From Acidimicrobiia bacterium (GTDB lineage: Bacteria > Actinomycetota > Acidimicrobiia > Acidimicrobiales > JANYDT01), in assembly GCA_031383405.1 (NCBI GenBank), contig JANMZO010000145.1:1244-65243 (forward strand): a stretch of 64,000 nucleotides of DNA. The letters run 5' to 3'. A program made the position numbers and the translations under genes. The first letter of the stretch is position 1. The number at the start of each line of letters is the position of its first letter. This document shows, piece by piece, positions 6,156 to 16,125 of the stretch. The notes beneath the pieces are model-generated. The model did no database searches. It was not told the origin of the DNA and saw only the letters and a list, made by a program, of their open reading frames with translations.

Positions 6156-8603
6156 CTACTCCGGGTCGGTGTTCAGAACTTTGGCCACCGAGGCGACGTT
6201 CTGGCCGGCATCAAGATTCATCACACGTACCCCGGTGGCCTCGCGTCCCTGGGAGGAAATTTCGCGAACTGCCTGACGGTTGGTGACCCCGCCATCGGAG
6301 ATGAGGATGATCTCATCGTCGATCTCAACGGTGAACGCGGCAGTCAGCTTGCCTTTCCGGACCGGCAACTTGATGGCGATGACACCCTGGCCGCCGCGTC
6401 CCTGCTGGTTGAACCGCTCCACCTTCACCCGCTTGCCAAACCCGTGGTCCGTGATCAGAAGCAGGTCGGTCGCATCGGTAACAGCGTCACAGCTCACAAC
6501 TTCGTCGTTGGATTTGAGCTTCATCCCGCGCACACCGGCGGCAGCACGGCCCATGGCCCGCACTTCCTCTTCGGTGAAACGGATCGCCTGACCCAGTTTT
6601 GACACCATCAGAATATCGTCGTCGCCGTTGGTTTGGATGACCTTCACGAGCTCATCCTCGTCGCGGAGATTCACGGCGATAAGGCCGGCCCGCAGCGAAG
6701 AATCGTATTCGCTCATCAGTGTCTTCTTCACCTGACCGAGCTTGGTGCAGAAGAACAGGTACCGATGATCTTCATATGTACGCGTATCAATTAGAGCTTG
6801 AATCTTCTCGTCGGGTGCGAGCGGCAGAAGGTTGACGATCGCCGTGCCGCGCGCCGTGCGGTCCTTCTCAGGGATCTCATGGGCTTTCAACCGGTAGACG
6901 CGCCCGCGATTCGAAAAGAACAGCAGATACGCATGAGCGGAGGTGGTGATGATGTCGGTCACATAGTCGTCGTCTTTGAGCTTGGCCCCCTGCACGCCGC
7001 GACCGCCTCGACCTTGCGTACGGAACGTGTCGGACGGCATGGCCTTGATGTAGCCGATCTTCGACATCGTGATAACAAGTTCCCGGTCTTCGATGAGGTC
7101 TTCGACACTCAAGTCACCCGGGTCAAAGGTGATGACCGAACGGCGTGGGTTGGCGTACTCGGCGCGTACCTCGTTTAGTTCGGTCTTGAAGACCGTGTTG
7201 AGCACGGTACGGTCGCCAAGGATCGCCTGCAGTTCGGTGATCTGAGCCTGCAACTTGGCCAGGCGCTCTTCGATGTCAATACGGCTCAGACGCGTCAACC
7301 GGCCCAGTTGCATATCAAGGATCGACTTGGCCTGAACCTGCGAGAACTCGAACGGTGCGGCCATGAGTCCCACTTCGGCGGCAGGCCGGTCATCAGAAGC
7401 CCGGATCAGCACGATGATCGCGTCGATCACGTTGATCGCCTTCATGAATCCCTCTTGGACGTGCGCGTCGTCTTGGGCCTTCTTGAGCCGGTACTCGGAC
7501 CGGCGGGTGATCACCTCGACCTGATGAGCGATGTAGTACTGCAGCATCTGAAGCAAATTCAGTGTGCGCGGCACTCCGTCAACAAGCGCCACCATGTTCA
7601 CACTGAACGTGCTCTGCAGACCGGTCTGCTTGAACAGGTTGTTCATCACGACATAGGAATTCGCATCGCGCTTGAGATCAATGACGATTCGGGTCTTGCC
7701 CTTCGAGGACTCGTCGTTTGCGTTGGCGATGCCAACGAGCTCGCCAGCGTCGACCAGCTCACCAATGCGCGTGAGAATACCCGCAGGACTCGCCTGATAC
7801 GGCAGTTCGGTGATGATGATCTGCGACTTGCCGCCCTTACCTTCTTCGATCTCTGCGACGGCCCGCATCTTAACGGCACCCTTACCGGTTCGATAAGCGT
7901 CCATAATTCCTGCGCGTCCAAGTATGAGCGCTCCAGTCGGGAAATCGGGCCCCTTCACGAAATTCATCAGTTCATCGACCGTTGCTTCCGGTCGTTCGAG
8001 CAAATGGATCACGGCATCGACAACCTCCCCGAGATTGTGTGGCGCAATGTTCGTAGCCATCCCAACCGCGATACCGGTCGAGCCGTTGACAAGAAGGTTG
8101 GGAAACCGGGCAGGGAGAACCATCGGTTCTTCCTTGTCGCCCGAAAAGTTCGGCTTGAAACCGACCGTGTTCTCGTCGATGTCAGCCAGCAGCCGCATGG
8201 CAAGCGGGGCGAGCCGACATTCGGTGTACCGGTAAGCAGCAGCGTTGGCGTCTGGTGACCCGAAGTTACCGTGACCGTCGATAAGCGGATGCCGCAGCGA
8301 AAAGCGCTGGGCCATCCGCACCAAGGCGTCGTAGACCGCTGTATCGCCGTGAGGATGATACATACCGATTACGTCGCCGACGACCTTGGCACACTTGAAG
8401 TGTGGACGGTCGGGGCGCATTCCCCCGTCGTACATGGCCCAGAGGATGCGCCGGTGCACCGGCTTGAGGCCATCGCGAACATCGGGCAGTGCGCGCGACA
8501 CGATGACGGACATCGCGTAGTCGAGGAAGGATCGCTCCATCTCGTCTTGAATTTCGATCGGCTCGAAGTTGCCAAACTCCAACGGTGGTTCTTGCATGCT
8601 CAT
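6156..8603 (-). CDS. gyrA: DNA gyrase subunit A
   Basis: 815 aa with the QRDR 'HPHGDTAVYDALVRMAQ', the catalytic Tyr block 'AAAYRYTECRL', and C-terminal beta-pinwheel repeats. Confidence 0.98.
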   Translation of the reverse strand: MSMQEPPLEFGNFEPIEIQDEMERSFLDYAMSVIVSRALPDVRDGLKPVHRRILWAMYDGGMRPDRPHFKCAKVVGDVIGMYHPHGDTAVYDALVRMAQRFSLRHPLIDGHGNFGSPDANAAAYRYTECRLAPLAMRLLADIDENTVGFKPNFSGDKEEPMVLPARFPNLLVNGSTGIAVGMATNIAPHNLGEVVDAVIHLLERPEATVDELMNFVKGPDFPTGALILGRAGIMDAYRTGKGAVKMRAVAEIEEGKGGKSQIIITELPYQASPAGILTRIGELVDAGELVGIANANDESSKGKTRIVIDLKRDANSYVVMNNLFKQTGLQSTFSVNMVALVDGVPRTLNLLQMLQYYIAHQVEVITRRSEYRLKKAQDDAHVQEGFMKAINVIDAIIVLIRASDDRPAAEVGLMAAPFEFSQVQAKSILDMQLGRLTRLSRIDIEERLAKLQAQITELQAILGDRTVLNTVFKTELNEVRAEYANPRRSVITFDPGDLSVEDLIEDRELVITMSKIGYIKAMPSDTFRTQGRGGRGVQGAKLKDDDYVTDIITTSAHAYLLFFSNRGRVYRLKAHEIPEKDRTARGTAIVNLLPLAPDEKIQALIDTRTYEDHRYLFFCTKLGQVKKTLMSEYDSSLRAGLIAVNLRDEDELVKVIQTNGDDDILMVSKLGQAIRFTEEEVRAMGRAAAGVRGMKLKSNDEVVSCDAVTDATDLLLITDHGFGKRVKVERFNQQGRGGQGVIAIKLPVRKGKLTAAFTVEIDDEIILISDGGVTNRQAVREISSQGREATGVRVMNLDAGQNVASVAKVLNTDPE

Positions 8604-8658
8604 AGAAAGGATTCCTCAGTGTTCGCTGCTGGTAAGCGCGCTTATGTATCTCGGGGAC

Positions 8659-10722
8659 TTAAATGTCAAGGAAGCGAACATCGTTCGCGTTCTGCACAAT
8701 GAACTGCTTGCGGGCATCGACGTCGTCGCCCATCAACGTGCTCATCACCTGATCGGCAATGGCTGCCTGCTCAACGGTGACCTTCAGCAGGGTGCGCTTC
8801 GTGGCATCCATGGTGGTGTCGCCGAGTTCATCGGCATCCATTTCACCCAGGCCCTTAAGACGGTTGAACTCGAACTTGCGGTTCGGATTTTCCTCCAGGA
8901 ATCGGTCTTTCGCAGAATCGTCTTTGAGGTAGCGCTTCCCCTCTTTGCCGACGACCACCGAATACAGCGGTGGTTGGGCGATATACACGAAGCCGGCCTC
9001 GACCATGGGTCGCATCTGGCGGAAGAAGAACGTGAGCAGAAGCGTGCGGATGTGGGAGCCGTCGACGTCGGCGTCGCACAGCGCGATCACCTTGTGATAG
9101 CGGCACTTCGAGGCATCGAACTCCTCGCCGACCCCGCCCCCTATTGCAGTGATGAGCGCCTGGATTTCGGTGTTCTTCATCATCTTGTCGATACGCGAGC
9201 GTTCGACGTTGAGAATCTTGCCGCGGATCGGGAGAATGGCCTGGGTACGGGGATCTCGCGCATCGGTGGCCGAACCCAGCGCCGAGTCGCCCTCCACGAT
9301 GAAGAGCTCAGACTCTTCGGGGTTCTTGCCCGAGCAATCTTTCAACTTGCCCGGTAGACCGCCGCCAAACGTTGCCGACTTACGCGCCACATCGCGGGCC
9401 TTGCGGGCCGCGACCCTCGCCTGCTGGGCGAACTGGGCCTTCTTGACGATCTTGTTAGCCTCCGTCGGGTTCTCCTCGAACCACTCCGCCAACTTCTCGT
9501 TGGTTGCCTTCTGCACGAGAGTCTTCATGCTCGTGTTGCCGAGCTTGCCCTTCGTCTGGCCTTCGAACTGCGGCTCGCGCACCTTCACGGAAATGATGGC
9601 CGTGAGACCTTCACGAATGTCTTCGCCGGCCAGGTTCTCGTCTTTCTCCTTGAGAAGTCCCTTCTCCCGGCCGTACTTGTTGATCACGCCGGTGAGCGCC
9701 GAGCGGAAACCTTCGACGTGGGTACCACCCTCAATCGTGGCGATACCGTTCGCAAAGGAATGGAGGCCCTCGTAGTAGCCGGTGTTCCACTGCATGGCCA
9801 CTTCAGCTTCACCGATGTTCTCGTCGTCGGACACCTTGAACGAGGGCACTTTGGAAAACAGAGGTTCTTTTGTAGCGTTGAGGTGCTTCACAAAGTCGAT
9901 CAGACCCTGATTGAACTTGAAGACGACCTCTTCCGGAAGACCATCGCCGTCACGGTCGTGGTCGGGCCGTTCATCGCGGAACACGATCTCCAAACCAGCG
10001 TTCAGGAACGCCATCATCCGGAACCGCTCAACCATTGTTTCGGCGCGAAACTCGGTGGTTTCGAAGATCGTGGTGTCTGGCCAGAAGGTGACGGTGGTAC
10101 CGGTGCGGTTGCGTGGTGCCTTGCCCGTCACCACCAGTTTCGTCTTGACCGTCCCGCCGTTGGCAAACTCGACGAAGTGCCGACTGCCCTCACGGTCGAT
10201 CTCCGCGATCAACTTGGAAGAAAGCGCGTTCACCACTGATACGCCCACACCGTGCAAACCACCCGAAACCTTGTAACCGCCACCCTCGCCGAACTTCCCA
10301 CCGGCATTGAGCTCCGACAACACAATCTCCGCAGCGGGACGGCCGTTGAAGCGCTTATCGTCGTGCTTCATCGGTGCCACCGGAATTCCGCGCCCGTTGT
10401 CTTCGACCCGACAGCCCCCATCGGCTTGCAATGTCACGACGATGCGGTTGGCGAAGCCGGCCATCGCCTCGTCGACCGAGTTGTCGACCACCTCCCAGAC
10501 GCAGTGATGGAGCCCTGTGATGCCGGTGGACCCGATGTACATGCCGGGTCGCTTGCGAACATGTTCCCTGCCCTCAAGGATCATGATGTCGCTTGAGTCG
10601 TAGGACGATGACCCCTTGGTGGACATCGAACCACCCGGTGATGGTGCAACGGCAGTTGGTGCAACGGCGGTTGGCGTGGTCGGGGGAGATGCAGCAGGAG
10701 GTGTCGCAGTGTCGTTACTCAT
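8659..10722 (-). CDS. gyrB: DNA gyrase subunit B
   Basis: 687 aa with 'GLHHCVWEVVDNSVDEA', 'VEGDSALGS' and 'PIRGKILNVE' motifs. Confidence 0.98.
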   Translation of the reverse strand: MSNDTATPPAASPPTTPTAVAPTAVAPSPGGSMSTKGSSSYDSSDIMILEGREHVRKRPGMYIGSTGITGLHHCVWEVVDNSVDEAMAGFANRIVVTLQADGGCRVEDNGRGIPVAPMKHDDKRFNGRPAAEIVLSELNAGGKFGEGGGYKVSGGLHGVGVSVVNALSSKLIAEIDREGSRHFVEFANGGTVKTKLVVTGKAPRNRTGTTVTFWPDTTIFETTEFRAETMVERFRMMAFLNAGLEIVFRDERPDHDRDGDGLPEEVVFKFNQGLIDFVKHLNATKEPLFSKVPSFKVSDDENIGEAEVAMQWNTGYYEGLHSFANGIATIEGGTHVEGFRSALTGVINKYGREKGLLKEKDENLAGEDIREGLTAIISVKVREPQFEGQTKGKLGNTSMKTLVQKATNEKLAEWFEENPTEANKIVKKAQFAQQARVAARKARDVARKSATFGGGLPGKLKDCSGKNPEESELFIVEGDSALGSATDARDPRTQAILPIRGKILNVERSRIDKMMKNTEIQALITAIGGGVGEEFDASKCRYHKVIALCDADVDGSHIRTLLLTFFFRQMRPMVEAGFVYIAQPPLYSVVVGKEGKRYLKDDSAKDRFLEENPNRKFEFNRLKGLGEMDADELGDTTMDATKRTLLKVTVEQAAIADQVMSTLMGDDVDARKQFIVQNANDVRFLDI

Positions 10723-10962
10723 AGTGGTTCTTTTCTGCGCGCGTTTGGGCGGGCAACCCTTTCATTTCCAACCGAATTTTGAGATTTTTCCGCGTTGGAA
10801 ACCCGTCGACGGATTCCTCAGCGAAGGCAGACGTTTCGCGAACCCAGCTTTTCGTGTTTCCGCTGGTCAGAGCGGAGAATCGCACATGCGTAATTCTACT
10901 CGACCGGGTGTGACAGACCCCCCGCAAACGGTGGGTTTTCGGAAGAAAATCCGTGGATTTCG

Positions 10963-11319
10963 CTACTCGACCGCTCGGGGACCGCGTCGGGTTCCGACCA
11001 CACGAACAGACAGGCTTGAAACGGTTCCGGCGCCGACCTGCTCGTTTACCCGCCGGATCAGATCATCACCGAGAAACTTGAGTTGCGTAGCCCACGCCGG
11101 CTCGATCACCTCAACCGTAAGCACACCGTCGCGTAACCCGACCGGACGCAGATGTGCAGCCAGAAGTTCCCCGACGAGGCCCTCCCAGCCGGCGAACACT
11201 TTCGACAGCGAGTCAGGCGGAGCTAGACCCAGGCGTTTCGTGAGAGCATCGAGTGTCTCGCCGATTTTCCGAGGATCCTGGGGATCATTTCCGGGGTTTC
11301 GTGATGAACGGTAGCTCAT
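10963..11319 (-). CDS. dciA: DUF721 protein (Rv0004 / DciA-type)
   Basis: 'LSKVFAGWEGLVGELLAAHLRPVGLRDGVLTVEVIEPAWATQLKFLGDDLIRRVN'. It sits between recF and gyrB as Rv0004 does. The ATG at 11319 overlaps the recF TGA (ATGA); the track start is GTG 11334. Confidence 0.8.
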   Translation of the reverse strand: MSYRSSRNPGNDPQDPRKIGETLDALTKRLGLAPPDSLSKVFAGWEGLVGELLAAHLRPVGLRDGVLTVEVIEPAWATQLKFLGDDLIRRVNEQVGAGTVSSLSVRVVGTRRGPRAVE

Positions 11320-12461
11320 GTCACGCGATTCCACGCGGTTTCGTCCACAGATTCCACAGCTTTATCCACAGGCAGCAGCCGGGTGGAGCCGGAGTTTCTG
11401 GCGACCCGGAGAATCGATTCGACTTCAGCGGCGGGTGGGACAAACCCGGCGGTGGCCAACAACGCCTGACCCGGCGGAAGATGCCGCACGAGCGCATCGC
11501 TCCGTTGGGGGTCAAGCTCGGAGAACACATCATCAAGCAAAAGTAACGGCGGTTCACCCAACCGGTCCGTCAAGAGGCGATGGGCGGCCAAACGCAATGC
11601 GAGCGAGAGCGTCCGCTGTTCTCCCTGAGACGCGTGAGTTCGCGACGGGCGACCTTCGATGAGTAACTCGACGTCGTCACGGTGAGGGCCAATCAACGAC
11701 AGCCCGCGTCGCGCGTCGTCGATGCGACCTTCCGCTAACGCCCCAGGCAGGCCGTCAGGGCGGTCGAACCACACTGACCGGTAGGTGAGTGTCACCGGGG
11801 CCGGCCGATCGGCTACGTCGCTGTACGCCGTGGCTACGAAAGCACGGAGATCATCCAGTAACGCGAGGCGCGCCCTTGCGACATCGGTTCCGACGTGACC
11901 CAACTTGGCGTCCCAGACGTCAAGTGTGAAACCGACCTCAGCGCTCAAGCGTCCGCCGGCCTGTTTGAGCAGGGCGTTTCTCTGCCGAAGGACCCGCTCG
12001 AGTTCCGTGAGCATCGCCTCGTTGCGAGGATGCAGCATCGTCAGCACCCCATCGAGATACGACCGGCGTTCACCCGGACCGCCCTTCACGAGAATCAGGT
12101 CCTCCGGTGAAAACACCGTGATTCTCAGGACATCACGGAGTTCACGGTTGCGTTTGAGCGGCTGTTTGTTGACGAGCACACGATTGCGTCCAGACGGCAC
12201 GATCTCGATTTCGATCAACACCGACCGCCCGTCAGCATCGATCTCGGCCCGTACAACGCCGCGCTCGGCACCAAGTCTGACCAGAGCCTCGGTGGGGGCG
12301 CCCCGAAAGGACCCGAGAATCGACAGGTAACCGGCTGCTTCGAGCAGGTTCGTCTTGCCGGTGCCGTTGGGCCCGACAACCACGGTGAGCCCGGGGCCAA
12401 ATCTGATCTCAGCTTCCTCATAGCTACGGAAGTCACGAAGCCACAACCGTTGCAGGGTCAT
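11316..12461 (-). CDS. recF: DNA replication and repair protein RecF
   Basis: 'MTLQRLWLRDFRSYEE', Walker A 'GPNGTGKTNLLEA' and 'LLLLDDVFSELD'. The ATG at 12461 is preceded by GGAGG; the track ORF extends to 12494. Confidence 0.95.
   Translation of the reverse strand: MTLQRLWLRDFRSYEEAEIRFGPGLTVVVGPNGTGKTNLLEAAGYLSILGSFRGAPTEALVRLGAERGVVRAEIDADGRSVLIEIEIVPSGRNRVLVNKQPLKRNRELRDVLRITVFSPEDLILVKGGPGERRSYLDGVLTMLHPRNEAMLTELERVLRQRNALLKQAGGRLSAEVGFTLDVWDAKLGHVGTDVARARLALLDDLRAFVATAYSDVADRPAPVTLTYRSVWFDRPDGLPGALAEGRIDDARRGLSLIGPHRDDVELLIEGRPSRTHASQGEQRTLSLALRLAAHRLLTDRLGEPPLLLLDDVFSELDPQRSDALVRHLPPGQALLATAGFVPPAAEVESILRVARNSGSTRLLPVDKAVESVDETAWNRVT
11327..11370. promoter_or_regulatory. Cluster of four co-oriented DnaA-box-like 9-mers inside the recF 3' end, upstream of dciA
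   Basis: GATTCCACG (11327-35), TCGTCCACA (11341-49), GATTCCACA (11350-58), and perfect consensus TTATCCACA (11362-70). Confidence 0.5.
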
Positions 12462-12512
12462 TGGACACCTCCGACGGGATCGGCACGACACCAACGGTAG
12501 AAGCGGAAAGCG

Positions 12513-13601
12513 TCAAACGCGGACGGGCATCAGCAGGTACAGGTAGTCAGACCGATCGAGGGACCGAAGCACCGCTGGCTTCAAGTTGTCGGTCGTTTCG
12601 AGCGTGACGGTTTCACCGACCGCCGAGTCGACACCGGCGATCAGGAACTCCGGGTTGAATGCAACCGTGAGATCCGCACCTGAATAGGTGGCTTCGATCT
12701 GCTCATTGGCCTGGCCGACGTCTTGAGTGATGGCAACCAACTCAAGGCTGTCAGCACTCAGCTTGAGTCGAACGGGAGTGGCGTCTTTCGCCAACAGGCG
12801 AACCCGCTTTAGTGCATCGAGGAAGGCTGAACGGTTCACGGTCAACTTGTTCGGGAGTTGAGCCGGGATCAGATTTCGGTAGGGCGGATACTGACCCTCG
12901 ATCAGGCGGGTCATCACCGTCGTTGAGCCGACCACGAACGAGGCCTCTCGTTCCCCGAGGTGATGGGTCACATCCCCGGTGTTCCCGAGTACGCGGGCGA
13001 CCTCGCCCAGGGCCCGACTCGGAACCAGCACCGTCTGACCTTCCTGCAGCACCGTTGTGCCGGGAAGGTCGCGTACAGCGAGTCGGTACGAATCGGTAGC
13101 CACGAGACGAAGCCCGCCCGCTTCCGCCGCCATAAGCACCCCGGTCAGAATCGGACGCGCATCGTCGTGGCTCGCCGAGGGAATCACCTGTTTGACTGCA
13201 TCGGCCAATTCAGCAGCACCGATAGTGATTCCTCCGGGAGCGGGATCCGGCAGACGGGGAAATTCCTCCACCGGAAGTGTTCGGAGCGAGAACACGGAAC
13301 GACCCGACTCAATCTGAGCCTGTTCAGCATCGACCGTCAGTGTCACCGCACCCGAGTCCAGTGCGCGAAAGATATCGGCGCCAAGCTTGGCCGGAAGTAC
13401 CGCACTGCCGTCTTTGAGGCCGGCAACGACGACGTTAACCATGATCGTGAGGTCGAGGTCGGTCCCGGTCAGCTGAAGCTTGTCACCCGACAACACGAGC
13501 CGCACTCCAGAAAGTACCGGCATTGCTGATCGCGACGCGACGGCACGAGCCGCTGTCGAGAAAGCGTCGACCAAAACATCACGTTCACAGCGGAGTTTCA
13601 C
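12513..13601 (-). CDS. dnaN: DNA polymerase III beta sliding clamp
   Basis: 362 aa starting 'MKLRCERDVLVDAFSTAARAV' (GTG start), with three-domain clamp length and its position after dnaA. Confidence 0.96.
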   Translation of the reverse strand: MKLRCERDVLVDAFSTAARAVASRSAMPVLSGVRLVLSGDKLQLTGTDLDLTIMVNVVVAGLKDGSAVLPAKLGADIFRALDSGAVTLTVDAEQAQIESGRSVFSLRTLPVEEFPRLPDPAPGGITIGAAELADAVKQVIPSASHDDARPILTGVLMAAEAGGLRLVATDSYRLAVRDLPGTTVLQEGQTVLVPSRALGEVARVLGNTGDVTHHLGEREASFVVGSTTVMTRLIEGQYPPYRNLIPAQLPNKLTVNRSAFLDALKRVRLLAKDATPVRLKLSADSLELVAITQDVGQANEQIEATYSGADLTVAFNPEFLIAGVDSAVGETVTLETTDNLKPAVLRSLDRSDYLYLLMPVRV

Positions 13602-13817
13602 AGTGTTCCTCTATAGAGAAAGAGATAAAGAAATAGCAACAACAGTAATAAGGGTTGTGGATTGTGGAAAGCTGGCCATTATGCCAGCTCACGACGGGTG
13701 TTGAGGTGTGCAACGTTATCCCCCGCGTGCACAGGAGCCGGGCTGGATTCGTAGCGACGTGTGGACGGCACCAGTTTTACCCACAGATATATACGGTTTT
13801 CCACCGGGTTATCCACC
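13602..13817. other. Putative oriC (dnaA-dnaN intergenic region)
   Basis: AT-rich stretch at about 13609-13653 (ctctatagagaaagagataaagaaatagcaacaacagtaataagg). DnaA-box-like 9-mers: TGTGGATTG (13656-64), TGTGGAAAG (13663-71), TGTGGACGG (13760-68), TTACCCACA (13777-85), TTTTCCACC (13797-805) and TTATCCACC (13809-17, overlapping the dnaA stop). Confidence 0.7.
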
Positions 13818-15212
13818 GGTCTTTATTACACGAATAAGTTCGCTGACTTGATCGTAGATGGCGCGGCGCTCTTTCATCTGCTCGGTGATTTTCTCGACCG
13901 CGTGGATCACAGTTGTGTGGTCGCGGTCGCCGAATTCCCGACCGATCATTGGATAGCTGAAGTCGGTTAACTCGCGAAAGACATACATACCAACCTGCCT
14001 GGCCGTGACCAATGGTCGGCGTCGGCTTTGCCCCGTGAGATCGACGATGGTGAAGCCGAACATGTCTGCCGTGGCGTTGAGAATCGCTTTCGCGGTGACC
14101 GGTCGAGGCTCGTTTCCCGAAAGCAGATCGGACAACACGCGCTCGGCCATTGGAAGATCAAGCGCGACCCGGTTGAGTCCGGCGTAGGCGCAAACCCGGT
14201 TGAGCGCACCCTCAAGCTCGCGAATGTTGTCTTTTATATGTGTACCGATGAAATTGAACACGTCATCGGGCACGGCTATGCGTTCGCGCTCGGCCTTCTT
14301 TCGAAGAATGGCCAGACGGGTCTCGATCTCCGGGGGTTGCACGTCGGTTATCAAACCCCACTCGAAACGGCTACGTAGGCGGTCTTCAAGCGTCGCAATA
14401 CTCTTCGGAGGACGGTCGCTTGAGATGACGATCTGGCGACCACTTTGGTGAAGGAAATTGAAGGTGTGGAAAAACTCCTCCTGCGTTCCTTCCTTGCCCT
14501 CCATGAACTGAATGTCGTCGATGAGCAGAACATCACAGTCATCGCGATAGCGACGTTTAAAACCACCGGTCGTGTTGGTTTTGATCGCGTCGACGAATTC
14601 GTTCATGAACGTTTCGGTCGAAACGTAGCGAATACGGCTGGTTCGGTAGTTCTCCCGCACATAGTGCGCTATGGCTTGGAGAAGATGAGTCTTGCCCAAC
14701 CCGGAATCACCGTAGATAAAGAGCGGGTTGTATGACCGGGCGGGCGTTTCAGCGACAGACATGGCCGCGGCATGGGCAAAACGGTTGGAGGAGCCAATAA
14801 CGAAGTCGGCGAAGGTGTAGCGCGGGTTCAACACCAGGTCGCCACTGACCCGATCGTTATTGCCGAACGGAAGTTGTGTCACCGGTCCTGGAGTCCGGGT
14901 GACTGGCTCCGGGGTGACCAACGGGTCGAGTTCGAACGTTGGCGCACCGGCCGCGCCCGCTTCAAGTACCTCGATCGACACCGTCATTCGTTGACCGGTG
15001 ACTTCCAACAGCGCGTCTGAGATGACGCCGAGATAGCGGCTTTCGATGCGCTCCTTCGCTATCGAGTGGGGAACGGCAAGAATCAGCCGGTGGTCGTCGA
15101 GGACGAGCGGACGAGCCGCGGCGAAACTGCTGTTCCACGTAGCGACCGGGAGGCGGGTACGAAGACGTGCGGCAAGCTCTGGCCAGACTGTGGCGTCATC
15201 CTCCCCGTTCAT
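13809..15212 (-). CDS. dnaA: Chromosomal replication initiator DnaA
   Basis: '[14 protein letters not shown]', '[21 protein letters not shown]' and a C-terminal DNA-binding domain. The likely start is ATG 15212 ('[17 protein letters not shown]'); the track ORF starts at TTG 15320. Confidence 0.96.
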   Translation of the reverse strand: MNGEDDATVWPELAARLRTRLPVATWNSSFAAARPLVLDDHRLILAVPHSIAKERIESRYLGVISDALLEVTGQRMTVSIEVLEAGAAGAPTFELDPLVTPEPVTRTPGPVTQLPFGNNDRVSGDLVLNPRYTFADFVIGSSNRFAHAAAMSVAETPARSYNPLFIYGDSGLGKTHLLQAIAHYVRENYRTSRIRYVSTETFMNEFVDAIKTNTTGGFKRRYRDDCDVLLIDDIQFMEGKEGTQEEFFHTFNFLHQSGRQIVISSDRPPKSIATLEDRLRSRFEWGLITDVQPPEIETRLAILRKKAERERIAVPDDVFNFIGTHIKDNIRELEGALNRVCAYAGLNRVALDLPMAERVLSDLLSGNEPRPVTAKAILNATADMFGFTIVDLTGQSRRRPLVTARQVGMYVFRELTDFSYPMIGREFGDRDHTTVIHAVEKITEQMKERRAIYDQVSELIRVIKTGG

Positions 15213-15227
15213 GCGCTTGTCACCCGG

Positions 15228-15259
15228 TTTTCCACAAGTTCGTCCACAGATGTGGAAAT
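15228..15259. promoter_or_regulatory. DnaA boxes just upstream of the dnaA start (autoregulation candidate)
   Basis: TTTTCCACA (15228-36), TCGTCCACA (15240-48), TGTGGAAAT (15251-59). Confidence 0.55.
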
Positions 15260-15635
15260 CATATGAGCACTGATTAGTCGTTCTCTGTAACGGATCGACT
15301 GAGATAAATCCGCTGGTCAAACCACCACAACCTCAGGGCAGCACGGTAGCACTCCCTCAATCGCCTGTGTTTCGTGGCTGGCGAGGTGAGGATGAGGTGC
15401 ATGCGATTCGAAATCGCAACGGATTTCAACAGGCAGAGTGCATCGCTCAACAAACCACCGACAGTGGTGCGCAGTCCGGGCCCCGATTTCCGGCTTTGCG
15501 GGGCCTGGGTGACCATGGTCAGCCCCGCGCACCACGGTCGCACCCGTGCGGTTCTTGGCTTCGGCGCAGTCCGCTATTGTTGTTAGGTTCTGTGAACGGC
15601 CTGTACGGACGTTCTTCGCTTACCTAAGGACCGCC

Positions 15636-15770
15636 GTGAAGCGTACTTTTCAACCCAATGTCCGACGTCGTGCGAAAAAGCACGGCTTCCGAGCCCGCAT
15701 GTCCACCGCAGGTGGACGCGCCGTTCTGAAGGCTCGTCGAGCCAAGGGCCGAGCCCGGATTTCTGCCTAG
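15636..15770 (+). CDS. rpmH: 50S ribosomal protein L34
   Basis: GTG 15636 is preceded by AAGGA. Translation: '(M)[43 protein letters not shown]'. Confidence 0.95.
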   Translation: MKRTFQPNVRRRAKKHGFRARMSTAGGRAVLKARRAKGRARISA

Positions 15771-15771
15771 G

Positions 15772-16125
15772 GTGCCATTGCGTGCAGCGACCGGTCGGCT
15801 CCAAGGTCGTTCGTCGTTTTATCGGCTGCGAACCTCGGGCCAACGCATCCGTCGTGGCCCACTTTCGGCGACGGTGTTGCATACGGGCGAACCAGCCCGA
15901 ATCGGGTTTGCCCTACCCGTCTCGCTCGGTAACGCCGTCGTCCGTAATCGTCTCCGACGCCGCCTGCGCGCAATTGCCATGTCGAAGCAAGATCTTCCCA
16001 AGGCCGACATTGTGATCCGTCCCCACCCGGCTTGCGTGGCCCTTAGCTATAAGGGCCTCGAAGGGCTGTTCATCGAACTCATGGCCCAAGCCGTGGTTGC
16101 CCCATCTCCACGGCCGTCTCGATGA
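15772..16125 (+). CDS. rnpA: Ribonuclease P protein component
   Basis: 117 aa, basic, with 'GFALPVSLGNAVVRNRLRRRLRAI'. It lies directly after rpmH. Confidence 0.9.
   Translation: MPLRAATGRLQGRSSFYRLRTSGQRIRRGPLSATVLHTGEPARIGFALPVSLGNAVVRNRLRRRLRAIAMSKQDLPKADIVIRPHPACVALSYKGLEGLFIELMAQAVVAPSPRPSR

Noticed and set aside
15213-15320. TTG-initiated 36-aa N-terminal extension of DnaA.
   Set aside because: The extension would be translated across the DnaA-box cluster and has no DnaA domain I similarity. ATG 15212 gives the typical 'W..L...L' DnaA N-terminus.
15500-15530. 12-nt palindrome TGACCATGGTCA in the dnaA-rpmH spacer.
   Set aside because: It is a single short palindrome without flanking structure or recurrence, so no function can be argued from sequence alone.
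15546-15635. Long 74-aa version of rpmH.
   Set aside because: L34 is about 45 aa. GTG 15636 is preceded by AAGGA and gives the canonical (M)KRTFQP start.
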